Below are positions 45,367 to 54,382 of a stretch of 64,000 nucleotides of DNA, piece after piece (within the stretch, counting starts at the first letter, position 1; each line of letters opens with the position of its first letter). The notes below the pieces were generated by a model. The model was not told the origin of the DNA. It searched no databases and saw nothing but the letters and a program-made list of their open reading frames with translations. The position numbers and the translations under genes were made by a program. Source of the stretch: an uncultured Bradymonadales bacterium (GTDB lineage Bacteria > Myxococcota_A > Bradymonadia > JAFGEP01); contig CAZDBH010000003.1 in assembly GCA_964503485.1 (NCBI GenBank), forward strand, positions 678 to 64,677. The letters run 5' to 3'.

Positions 45367-47358
45367 TCAATCGGAAATAGTCGGGATACCGTCGACTGCC
45401 GTACTCCAAAAGTTCACGGCGCGGAGGCGAGCCTCCTCGATATTATAGATCGTATAGTGCCCCTGTGAACCATCTAGAATCGTCGCGATTGTAAGAGACG
45501 ACCCGTCCACCGCACTCGTATTGCCTGACAGAGGCAAGCTCTGCGCCTCCATGTCCCACACGCCAAAGGGATCGACGTCCCAGCCAGCCGGGTCGATGGG
45601 CGTCACCGACCCCGCGATGGTGATCGCGTTCAATGACCGCGTGGGCGTGGTCACGTCGAGCATTCCGTTGATGAGCAGTAGATTCGAGCCCTCGGTATGC
45701 TCTTGCCATCCGCGCCATCTCGACGCGTAGCTGAGCGTATCGGACACCTCCCCTCCCATCTGTGCAAGCGCGACCAATGGATGAAACCGAGTCAGGGGGC
45801 GGCTGAGCCCCAATATGCCCTGAATCTGGGCATTGATGTCGATCGGGTCCTTTCGGTCAACGATCGTAATCGACAGATAACCACCAATCCCGTTTAGGGC
45901 GTAGGCGGCGATTTCGGTTTCAACACCAGCTGCGATCGCCCCGACCAACGCCCCCTGCGACTGGCCCCCGTAGATCAGCCGGTCAGTATTCAGCTCGGGT
46001 AGACCCTCTAGGCCGTCGAGCCCCTCCCTCAACAGCCTGACGAAGTACGCGGTATCGACGACCTGCTGCCTGAGGACGGTCCTTCCCGACTCGGGGTTCA
46101 GGTAATTGAAGGTGTGAGTGGTTGGGTCCGCACCTGTAGAGGCGCGTTGACCGTGGAACTGGGCCTCGAAACTGGCGATTGCAATGCCTTCGCGGAGTAG
46201 CAGCCGGGTGATCGGAGAGGTGACGAAGCTGTCGAGTGTCGCGCCAGTTCCGTCTTCCCAGATGAAGACCGGAAACGGTGGTTCACGATTTTCTGGAAAG
46301 GTAATGATGAAAGGCACCTCTTCGTAGCGTTGAATCCTCGGCAACCCGTCGCTGTCGTACTCGACACCTCCGCCCGAGTTATAAGGAGATTGACCTCGTT
46401 GAAAAATCGGCGACTCGAATGTTCCAGTGTAGGTCGCCGTCTGACCCGAGATCGACGCGTCATCATCTATCGCCCAGTTGCTTACAGTTGGGGCCTGAGT
46501 GGCGTCCGGATCGACCGCCACTGCTCGCATCGCAATGAGTTCTTCGGTCGGGTCTTGGGTGGTGAACACCGTCGCGACGGCGATCTCCTCGCTCGTCAAC
46601 CCCGCACCGTCCAGGCAGTCTCGCAGCGGGGCGAGGCTGTCGTTGAGAGCCTGATCCGATGAGCTGCCCGCGAGGGCCTCGGCGAAGAGCGAAGGCGTCG
46701 CAGTGACGTAGCCGGCCTCTGAACCAAAGGTTGTTGTAACGACGAGAGCATAACTGGTCACGGGCTCGAGAACGAAGCCTGGGACTGGTGCGATGGACAG
46801 CACACCCTCATCGACGAAGGCGTCCCCCTCTTCCTCGAAGACCGACTCCACCGGTATCCTCTGGTCGCAGCCCTCACTGAGGTTGATCAACTGGATCGAC
46901 GAGTCGGCCGCCAGGGTCTCGGACGGCTCGGGAATGGCCTCAGGGAGCGGGGTGTCGAATCGGACATAAATCACTGGAACGGTGGCAAAACCGTGCACGA
47001 ACTCGGTCAACACGCCCAGATACAGGTCGACGAATGGGTTGTTCGATTCCGGGAAATCGCCCAAGTCGAGGCTTCCGTCGTCCGTCACTCTGTGGTCCGA
47101 GGGCCACGGAAAGGCATAAAAACCGCTGTCGTCCGCTGCGTAGCTAGGCGTGAGCGTGCCGCTGTTTTGGGTCTCGTCTGGTGCGTCCGCGGTCGCGTCG
47201 ACCGTGTCGTCCGATGTGGCGTCATCGCCGCAAGACAGCTGAAACAGGACAGTCGCACACAATAATAGCCGGCCGAGTGGCCGTGTTCTACTCATCTTCG
47301 TTCGCTCCATACGCCAATGCGGCGCGGATTGTAGCAGAATCCGTGCAGAGGAAAACAA
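45367..47358 (-). CDS. Secreted alpha/beta-hydrolase, paralogue of 42379-44667.
   Basis: Signal peptide (LLLCATVLFQLSCG), a GxSxG elbow (YGGQSQGALVGA) and collinear similarity to the upstream hydrolase. 663 aa. Confidence 0.6.
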   Translation of the reverse strand: MFSSARILLQSAPHWRMERTKMSRTRPLGRLLLCATVLFQLSCGDDATSDDTVDATADAPDETQNSGTLTPSYAADDSGFYAFPWPSDHRVTDDGSLDLGDFPESNNPFVDLYLGVLTEFVHGFATVPVIYVRFDTPLPEAIPEPSETLAADSSIQLINLSEGCDQRIPVESVFEEEGDAFVDEGVLSIAPVPGFVLEPVTSYALVVTTTFGSEAGYVTATPSLFAEALAGSSSDQALNDSLAPLRDCLDGAGLTSEEIAVATVFTTQDPTEELIAMRAVAVDPDATQAPTVSNWAIDDDASISGQTATYTGTFESPIFQRGQSPYNSGGGVEYDSDGLPRIQRYEEVPFIITFPENREPPFPVFIWEDGTGATLDSFVTSPITRLLLREGIAIASFEAQFHGQRASTGADPTTHTFNYLNPESGRTVLRQQVVDTAYFVRLLREGLDGLEGLPELNTDRLIYGGQSQGALVGAIAAGVETEIAAYALNGIGGYLSITIVDRKDPIDINAQIQGILGLSRPLTRFHPLVALAQMGGEVSDTLSYASRWRGWQEHTEGSNLLLINGMLDVTTPTRSLNAITIAGSVTPIDPAGWDVDPFGVWDMEAQSLPLSGNTSAVDGSSLTIATILDGSQGHYTIYNIEEARLRAVNFWSTAVDGIPTISD

Positions 47359-47415
47359 CCGCGGCTTCCCGCCTGGCCCGCATCGTTCTACGAGCCGATT
47401 CGACCATCACTCTGC

Positions 47416-48234
47416 CTATCCCACGATCATCCGTATGGACAAGCCGATTGCCGTGACCAGGAAGACCGCCCTGATCAGTTTGTCGCCCTGTCGAATGACC
47501 GCGATCGTACCCAAGAACCCACCCAGCCCCGTAGCGAGCGAGAGAACGATTCCGTGGCCCCACGCGATATCATCCGCCAGCGAGAAAATCACGATCGACA
47601 CCAGCGCAAATGCTGAGATAGTGAGGACCTTGACTGCGTTCGCCTGGATCAAGCCGAGGCCGCCGAACATGCTGAGAGCCGTCAAGGCCAGCATGCCAAC
47701 TCCGGCCTGGATGAAGCCGGCGTAGAGACCAACGAAGAAGTAGGCGATCATCAGTGATTTGTTCTTCGAACCATCAAGGTGAGCGTCGTCTGAAGGCTTC
47801 TTGCGCAGGAAAATCACTGCGGCGAGCGGAATCATGGCCAGTCCGAAAATTTGGCGGAACAAATCCGGGTCCGTAATCGTCGCCAGATAGGTGCCAAGCG
47901 CCGCTCCAATCAGGCCTGCAGGCAGGAGCTTGGCCCCGAGCGTCACCCCCGAGAGTCCCCGTTTGTGGAATGTTCGAGTCGCCACGACTGACTGGACGAA
48001 CACTGCCACTCGATTGGTTCCGTTCGCCACGTTCGGGGGCAAACCGACCAACACGAGCAGCGGGAAGGTCAGCAGCGTACCGCCTCCCGCCATTGTATTG
48101 ATTGCACCCGCCGCCACACCGCCTGCGAGTAACAGCGCCCAGCTCAGGATATCCATCGCCCCTCCGCTCGCGTGAGTAGGTCGCAGATCGAGGAAAGTTG
48201 CAAGCTGGTCAGCTGCCAATTCCCACAGAAACAA
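47416..48234 (-). CDS. TauE/SafE-family (sulfite exporter-like) membrane permease.
   Basis: Seven to eight TM helices with the characteristic repeated G-rich motifs (INTMAGGGTLLTFPLL, FVGLYAGFIQAGVGML). The start is possibly at 48156. Confidence 0.7.
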   Translation of the reverse strand: MFLWELAADQLATFLDLRPTHASGGAMDILSWALLLAGGVAAGAINTMAGGGTLLTFPLLVLVGLPPNVANGTNRVAVFVQSVVATRTFHKRGLSGVTLGAKLLPAGLIGAALGTYLATITDPDLFRQIFGLAMIPLAAVIFLRKKPSDDAHLDGSKNKSLMIAYFFVGLYAGFIQAGVGMLALTALSMFGGLGLIQANAVKVLTISAFALVSIVIFSLADDIAWGHGIVLSLATGLGGFLGTIAVIRQGDKLIRAVFLVTAIGLSIRMIVG

Positions 48235-48304
48235 GAATCATTGCGAATCCCGTGTTCGCGAATTATTGTGTGGCTGCAACGTGTCCTATTGGAGAGAGTT
48301 TTTC

Positions 48305-48631
48305 ATGAATACGAACCGTCTTGGCAATTTCCGCGCTGTCCTCGTTTTGACTGCGCTTGTTTTCATGCTCCTCGGAGCTGCTTGCAAGGGTAGCGGAACC
48401 TCGGATGGAAGCGGCGAAGGAACGGGCGACAATGCGCCTACAGTAGAGGAACCGACGTCGGCGCCGGCTGCTACGCCAACTCCAACACCGACATCTGCAC
48501 CGACGCCAACTCCGACTCCAACTCCGACACCAACACCGACGTCCGCACCCACTGGGTCGGCACCCGCACCAACTGGCGCTGCGACTGCTCCCGCGACTGG
48601 CCAACCGACCAGCGCCCCAAGCGGACACTAG
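48305..48631 (+). CDS. Small lipoprotein with a (Thr-Pro)n low-complexity tail.
   Basis: Lipobox LLGAAC. TPTPTPTSAPTPTPTPTPTPTPTS repeats. Confidence 0.5.
   Translation: MNTNRLGNFRAVLVLTALVFMLLGAACKGSGTSDGSGEGTGDNAPTVEEPTSAPAATPTPTPTSAPTPTPTPTPTPTPTSAPTGSAPAPTGAATAPATGQPTSAPSGH
48480..48560 (+). repeat. Hexanucleotide (ACNCCN)n microsatellite-like tract encoding the TP repeats.
   Basis: ccaactccaacaccgacatctgcaccgacgccaactccgactccaactccgacaccaacaccgacg. Confidence 0.6.
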
Positions 48632-48855
48632 CCGATCCCACACGTTCGGCTCACAACAAGACAGGAAACCGTCAGCATCGAGATCGTGTGATGTCTCGCT
48701 CGGACTGCGCGTAGCGCGCCTCGTGTCCGGGCGCCGGGGGACGGAAGCCGAGATTGACGGGCGATCCCGACTCCGCTAAACCAGTCGTTGTCTCTTAATG
48801 AGTGTGAACGTTTAACTCCAGCGAGTGCCCCATCTGGCAGACTCCAGAGGTAGCG

Positions 48856-50955
48856 ATGACCAAGCGCCCGATAGTCTCAATTTCTCTTGCTCTACTGCTC
48901 GTTTCGGCCTGTGGAGACGAAACAGTTCCCGTCGAAGAAGATACCCGTTGCTCGTCCAGCGAAACCTGCCCCGATGGGGAGGTCTGCCGGTCTGGCTTCT
49001 GCGCCGATGCGCCTGAATGCGATCTTCTGACCGACTGCGGCGAGGGCGAAAACTGTCTCGAAAGCGTGTGCGCATGGGATCCGGACGTCTGCTTGTCAGA
49101 CAACGACTGCGACGAGAACTTGATCTGTGATGTCGGTGAGTGCCGAGAAGGCTGTCGTAATGACAACCAATGCGGTGACACAGAACTGTGTACCAGCGAT
49201 TTGGTCTGCGAGCGGAAGCCATGCACAGAACTGGCTTGCGATGAGGGCTACGACTGCATTGAGGACACTGGGCTCTGTCAGCTCCGACCCTGTAACGGCG
49301 GATGTGATGAGCCCTTACAGTGCCGGGAGAGCGACGATCAGTGTGTCGAGTGTTTCGAAACCGACGAGTGTGGCACCTCGCAAACCTGTACAGAGGACGG
49401 TTTCTGTCTCGAGGACTCCTGTGAGGTCCACGAACAATGTGAAGAGGGCACCTTCTGCATCAACGAGTTCTGCGAAGCACCTCCCGAGTGCGAAGACGAC
49501 GAGTTTGAAGACAACGACGAATACGACGACGGTGGCCTACTCGCCGAAGGCGTGTACACCGACATCGTGTCGTGTCCTTATGACGAGGATTTCTTCAAGG
49601 TCGTGGCCGACGCCAACCACAGCCTGACGGTCACCGTCGACTTTTTGCACGAAGACGGCAACGTCGAGCTCGAAATCTTCAACACAGTCGGTGTGCTATT
49701 CGCCCGTCGCATCAGTAGTGATGACGACGAGTCGATTACCGTGAACATCGGAACAACCGGCGTCTACACGATCCGTATCTGGCAAGATGCTGGCACGCAG
49801 GGCGTCGACTACTCCTTGACGATGGAGACGGGTCAACCGGTGGAAGTCGCTGCTGACCTTTGCGTCCCCGACGCATTCGAACCCAACGAAGACGTCGAAT
49901 CAGCCACCGAGATTTTCTCAGGACGGTGGACGGGCATGTCGATCTGTGAGGACGACTCCGACTACTACGATATCCCGGCCCAACCCGGCGAGATTATCGA
50001 AGTTTGCGTCACCCCGTCCGAGCTCTACGACAAGACACTGGGTCTCGAGGTTCTGGCAGAAGGTGAAGGCGTCATCTTGACGGCCGCCGGGCGAACCGAA
50101 TTCTGCGTCGATGAAGACCTTTCACTCGGCACCGCCTTCTACGCACATGTCTTCTCAACGGCCGATGGTGACGAAACGCCATACCACGTAACCTTCGACG
50201 TCAGGCCAGGCTGTCGCATCTACGACGACGCCTACGACCAGGCCGGCACACACGATCGTATGCCGCGGGATGGTGAAGATCCGCTCGCCCCCCTCGAAGA
50301 GCTTCCGGCCGAGCTTCGAGTCTGCCCAAGTGACTCGGACTACTGGCCTGTCGATCTGCTCTGGCGCGATCAACTCTCGGCGAACATCACGTTCGTTCAC
50401 GATGATGGCGATTTGCAGCTGAAACTCCACCGGCCCAATGGCAGTGCGAGATTGGGCAGTTCCGGGAGGACGGACACCGAGGTTATTGAATACCAAGCCG
50501 AAGAGAGCGGTACCTACTTTCTGCGAGTCTACGGAGAGGCCGACGCCATGGGACCGTACACTATCGACTACTCGGTTACTGCCTACTGCGAAGAAGACGA
50601 GCATGAAGACAACGATGACAGCGACTCTGCTGCGGAACTTGCCATTGGCGACCACGTCGACCTTTGGCTGTGCAACGAAGACGATGACTTCTTCAAGTTC
50701 AGCGTTGCCGACGACGCGGAGGCCGAACTGACCGTGGCGCTCAGTTTTGAGGCCAGCCAGGGCATCTTGTCTTTGTCAGTCGCACCGCCCGGCGGCGACT
50801 TCGTCGAAGCCGAGGGTTCGGGTGGCGAGTGGGCGGTCGTGGTTTGGCCCGCCCCCCGGTTCAAGGGGGGCACGCAAATTTTAACAATCAAGGTTGACGG
50901 GGCCGACGGAACAGAGAACACCTACGACCTGAGTATCGCGTTAGGCGGAGAGTAA
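48856..50955 (+). CDS. Lipoprotein with an N-terminal Cys-rich (CxxGxC) repeat region followed by four PPC (bacterial pre-peptidase C-terminal) domains.
   Basis: Lipobox LLLVSAC. About 200 aa contain more than 30 Cys in CxDGxC / CxxxxC spacing. Four modules each carry E[DP]N[DE]....A and a downstream D.D[YF][YFW] motif (DEDFFKV, DSDYYDI, DSDYWPV, DDDFFKF). Confidence 0.7.
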   Translation: MTKRPIVSISLALLLVSACGDETVPVEEDTRCSSSETCPDGEVCRSGFCADAPECDLLTDCGEGENCLESVCAWDPDVCLSDNDCDENLICDVGECREGCRNDNQCGDTELCTSDLVCERKPCTELACDEGYDCIEDTGLCQLRPCNGGCDEPLQCRESDDQCVECFETDECGTSQTCTEDGFCLEDSCEVHEQCEEGTFCINEFCEAPPECEDDEFEDNDEYDDGGLLAEGVYTDIVSCPYDEDFFKVVADANHSLTVTVDFLHEDGNVELEIFNTVGVLFARRISSDDDESITVNIGTTGVYTIRIWQDAGTQGVDYSLTMETGQPVEVAADLCVPDAFEPNEDVESATEIFSGRWTGMSICEDDSDYYDIPAQPGEIIEVCVTPSELYDKTLGLEVLAEGEGVILTAAGRTEFCVDEDLSLGTAFYAHVFSTADGDETPYHVTFDVRPGCRIYDDAYDQAGTHDRMPRDGEDPLAPLEELPAELRVCPSDSDYWPVDLLWRDQLSANITFVHDDGDLQLKLHRPNGSARLGSSGRTDTEVIEYQAEESGTYFLRVYGEADAMGPYTIDYSVTAYCEEDEHEDNDDSDSAAELAIGDHVDLWLCNEDDDFFKFSVADDAEAELTVALSFEASQGILSLSVAPPGGDFVEAEGSGGEWAVVVWPAPRFKGGTQILTIKVDGADGTENTYDLSIALGGE

Positions 50956-50959
50956 ACAG

Positions 50960-52936
50960 GTGCGACAGTCTCGTTTGGTTCTCGCTTGCAGTATCGCTGT
51001 TACCACTGCCTGCTCCGGCACCAACGTGGTCGTTTCGGACGGCTCCCTTCAAAGTCTAGAATCGTGCCAACAACTCATACAGCCCTATGATCTGTGGGGT
51101 GCCACTGAAGACGGCCTCGAGTGCCTCGGAGATTGGCTGGAAGAGGCTGAATACCCCTACTCGGTCGCCGGAAAAGAGGTGCGGAGCAATGCCCTCTTGG
51201 ATCTATGGGTGTTTTCCCAGCTGACGACCGATGACCAAGGCCGGCAACGCGCAATCGAACTAGTCGATGGGACGGTCGCTGCCTCGGGAGCGGAGAGTTT
51301 TGATGAATTGATTCGGTCCGATTTGGCCGAGGCCGAGGTCGAACGGGACGAACTCGCCACCGCCCTTGAACTACTCGAATTCGACATTCAAGCCGCCAGT
51401 GCGGCGTGGGACTTCGGACAGTGGAACGGCGCCACCCATTCTGGGCCCCGTTTGCGCCTCATTCTGGCGAGTTTGCTGGCCCGCCACGCCCCCGAATGGC
51501 TGGTGCCCGGTGTGCAAGCCAACCCAGCCTCCCTCGATCGCTTCGGTTGGCTGTGTGGCGCCGAACGAGGTGTCCCGCTGGCGCATATTGCTGGCCGGTG
51601 CGGCTATTGGTGCGATTCGGTTTCAGAGGCGGAGCCCACAGCCCCCCCGATCGAACGGGAAGCCCATGAGCTGGTGGAAGATGATACACCCGTCGAGGTT
51701 GACCTCGAACCGGACCCAAGCGACCCGGCTCCGGTGGTTGAAGACGATGACCGTGAGAGTGCCTGGCGACCCACGATCGGCGATGTGGGTTACGAACTGG
51801 TGAGCATGTGTGGCAGCGACTACTTCAGGCTTCCGAGTACAGGTGACTTGGTTCTGCTCAACGAGGCCAATTTTGTCCGGCTGGTCTACCTCGACTTCGT
51901 GGGCCAACTGCTGTCCGACATCGAAGGCGACCTGATTATGGGCGAGCCACTCACTGTCCTATCGTCCGACTTGCTGGCGGACTATTCGGTGACCTTCCTC
52001 GATGGTGCGGCGGCACAGGAGCTAACCCCTGCCGCCCTTGTGTTCGATGTCCGCCTCGAGCTTCCCCGGCTACTTGGAGCCCTCGCCGAGCGACGCTTGG
52101 ATCTCAGGGGGCCTGAGCTGCGAATCGTCTCGGTGCTGAGCTCCGGCGTTCATGTCGGTGTCCGCCCACACCTCCAATTGGCTCGCTCGGAGGCGGGTGG
52201 CTACGAATTAGACTACCCCGAGGGGAGATTCGGCCTGCATTACCCAGGTGAAGAGGTCGTCCCGTTTCCTCGACTCAACCGACTAGATGAAGGCGTGATC
52301 GAAGACGGCCGCCTTCCGGCCCTCGAGACCCGACTCAGCGAGCTCGAAGATCACCTGGGCGCGCTCGGATGGGCAACAGGCCGCGACACAGGCGCATGTC
52401 GAGTTGAACCGGGTACGACAGTCTCGGTTTTGGTAGATGGCTCCACCCCATTCGGCATCGTCAAGGCCGTGCTGGCGTCGCTACTACACTGCGGCTACGA
52501 ACCGACCCTTCACGGGCTCACGGATGAGCAGATTTTGACCGACGTACCGGGCTCGCTAGCCCAGGAGTCGATCTCGGAGCCCCACCACACCCTCACATTG
52601 CGCAGCCGAAACTACTCACTCGAACAATCGGGAGCGGCTGAAGACGAAGACCCCTTCTTGCTGCCCCGCTCCGAGTATGCGCCTATCTCCCGAATCGCTT
52701 CCCGTCTGTCGGAGTGGGTTGCCTCGGACTCGACCGCACCCCTCGTGGTCGTGGTTGAGGACTCTACCGACTTCGGAACAGTCGCCAACGTCCTCCAAGG
52801 ACTCGGCTTCCGCCGGATCGCTGTTGACGAAGTCGAGCGCGACGCGGACTTCCTTCGCCTCGATCTCGAATACGACGGCACGGGCTCACCGAGACCGCTG
52901 GTTCCTGCCGGTGTTGTGATTCGTCTCGCTCAGTAG
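50960..52936 (+). CDS. Lipoprotein of unknown function (GTG start).
   Basis: LVLACSIAVTTACSG lipobox. 658 aa with genome-typical codon bias. 4 nt after the upstream stop. Confidence 0.5.
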   Translation: MRQSRLVLACSIAVTTACSGTNVVVSDGSLQSLESCQQLIQPYDLWGATEDGLECLGDWLEEAEYPYSVAGKEVRSNALLDLWVFSQLTTDDQGRQRAIELVDGTVAASGAESFDELIRSDLAEAEVERDELATALELLEFDIQAASAAWDFGQWNGATHSGPRLRLILASLLARHAPEWLVPGVQANPASLDRFGWLCGAERGVPLAHIAGRCGYWCDSVSEAEPTAPPIEREAHELVEDDTPVEVDLEPDPSDPAPVVEDDDRESAWRPTIGDVGYELVSMCGSDYFRLPSTGDLVLLNEANFVRLVYLDFVGQLLSDIEGDLIMGEPLTVLSSDLLADYSVTFLDGAAAQELTPAALVFDVRLELPRLLGALAERRLDLRGPELRIVSVLSSGVHVGVRPHLQLARSEAGGYELDYPEGRFGLHYPGEEVVPFPRLNRLDEGVIEDGRLPALETRLSELEDHLGALGWATGRDTGACRVEPGTTVSVLVDGSTPFGIVKAVLASLLHCGYEPTLHGLTDEQILTDVPGSLAQESISEPHHTLTLRSRNYSLEQSGAAEDEDPFLLPRSEYAPISRIASRLSEWVASDSTAPLVVVVEDSTDFGTVANVLQGLGFRRIAVDEVERDADFLRLDLEYDGTGSPRPLVPAGVVIRLAQ

Positions 52937-53070
52937 CGCCGAGCGTTCATGGCCGGTAGGCGACCCACCCGTGCCGGCAAAACACCCCTTTACTTTCGAT
53001 TCGATCTGGATACACTGACCGGCCAGTCACACCTACTTGAGCTTGGGCGGCTTAGGGTAGTGCTACATCG

Positions 53071-54351
53071 ATGGATGGTGATACGCCGATGCGAACCGCT
53101 CTATCTTTTTCTCTGATGGGAAGTCTTGTCGTTTGTTGTTTTGCAACTGCCGTCAGCGGCTGTGCGGAGGACAAGATCGACCGGAACGCGTTTTCTGCGG
53201 CAGATAACTCGCAGAACGACGACACAGACCGAACTCGTCCCACCGACGACGACAACGATGATACGACCGATCCTCAGGTCGGTACTACCGACAACCCCGA
53301 TCCGAATCTTGCGGAGTTGGTTTACGAGGTGGACGAACCAATTGATCAGCCACTAGACGACGAAGAGCCAGACGATCCAATCGACCCGCCTCTCGACGAA
53401 CTAGAAGGTTTCATTGGTTCGCCCTGCGAAACGGCTAGCGACTGCGAGTTCGACAACCCGATGTGTCTGACCGACGAAGAGGGTTATCCAAACGGCATGT
53501 GCGCCGAGGCGTGCGATCGGCTGTGCCCAGACAGAGAGGGTTTTCCAACGACATTCTGCGTAGACAGCGAGGCGTCGGTTAGCGGCGCTTGCCACTCGCG
53601 ATGCGACTACCTCGCTTATCCCGGTATCGGATGCCGAGCTGGCTACAGTTGCCAAGTCACCGGCCGATACAACGAGTCCAGTACACAATATGGAACCTGC
53701 CTGCCGGGCGAAGGGCCGATCCAAGCCGAGTCCGAGTGTTTGCAATGGTTGATCGATCAGGGCGTGCCATTCGAGCCAACGACGTATACACCGCGCCATC
53801 CCAGCGGCGACACGAGCTTGACCTGCACCGTCGAGGACCCAGTCAGGCTGCATTCGCCCGTACATGGCGTCAACTTCCGCTACTACAGTGACAGCCCCGG
53901 CGAGTTCCGATCCATGCTCATGTCATGCGAACTGGCGCGGTCGCTCACCGAGATGTCGGACATCTTGTCCGAGGAATTCAACATCAACGAGACGCTGCAC
54001 ATCGGCACCACGGTCTGTCGCAAGATATCGGGCACGAGTCGGTTGAGCGAGCATGGCCGCGGCACGGCGATTGACCTGTATGGGTTCTTCGATGACGACG
54101 CCAACTGGTACGGTCTAGAAGACCATTGGGAACACGACACCACCAGCCCCACCACGGCTGAGGGACAAATGCTATACGAGTTCTCCGAGCGGCTGTACGA
54201 AGAGTGGGTCTTCAATGTCATCTTGACCCCGAACTACAACGCGGGGCACGACAACCACTTCCACGTAGACTTAACCGTAGGCTCCCATTTCATCGGGGTC
54301 CACGACGAGTACTGGGGTCCCTTTCTCGGGCCCAACACTCATGGCGATTGA
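53071..54351 (+). CDS. Lipoprotein with an acidic Asp/Pro-rich linker, a Cys-rich module and a C-terminal LAS/peptidase-M15-like (VanY/extensin-like) zinc hydrolase domain.
   Basis: Lipobox TAVSGC. SEHGRGTAIDL matches the SxHxxGxAxD zinc-ligand motif of D-Ala-D-Ala carboxypeptidase-like folds. A downstream GHDNHFHVDL matches the second His ligand region. Confidence 0.5.
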   Translation: MDGDTPMRTALSFSLMGSLVVCCFATAVSGCAEDKIDRNAFSAADNSQNDDTDRTRPTDDDNDDTTDPQVGTTDNPDPNLAELVYEVDEPIDQPLDDEEPDDPIDPPLDELEGFIGSPCETASDCEFDNPMCLTDEEGYPNGMCAEACDRLCPDREGFPTTFCVDSEASVSGACHSRCDYLAYPGIGCRAGYSCQVTGRYNESSTQYGTCLPGEGPIQAESECLQWLIDQGVPFEPTTYTPRHPSGDTSLTCTVEDPVRLHSPVHGVNFRYYSDSPGEFRSMLMSCELARSLTEMSDILSEEFNINETLHIGTTVCRKISGTSRLSEHGRGTAIDLYGFFDDDANWYGLEDHWEHDTTSPTTAEGQMLYEFSERLYEEWVFNVILTPNYNAGHDNHFHVDLTVGSHFIGVHDEYWGPFLGPNTHGD

Positions 54352-54382
54352 TTCGTTCGGTTGATCTGGCCTAAAAGAGGCC

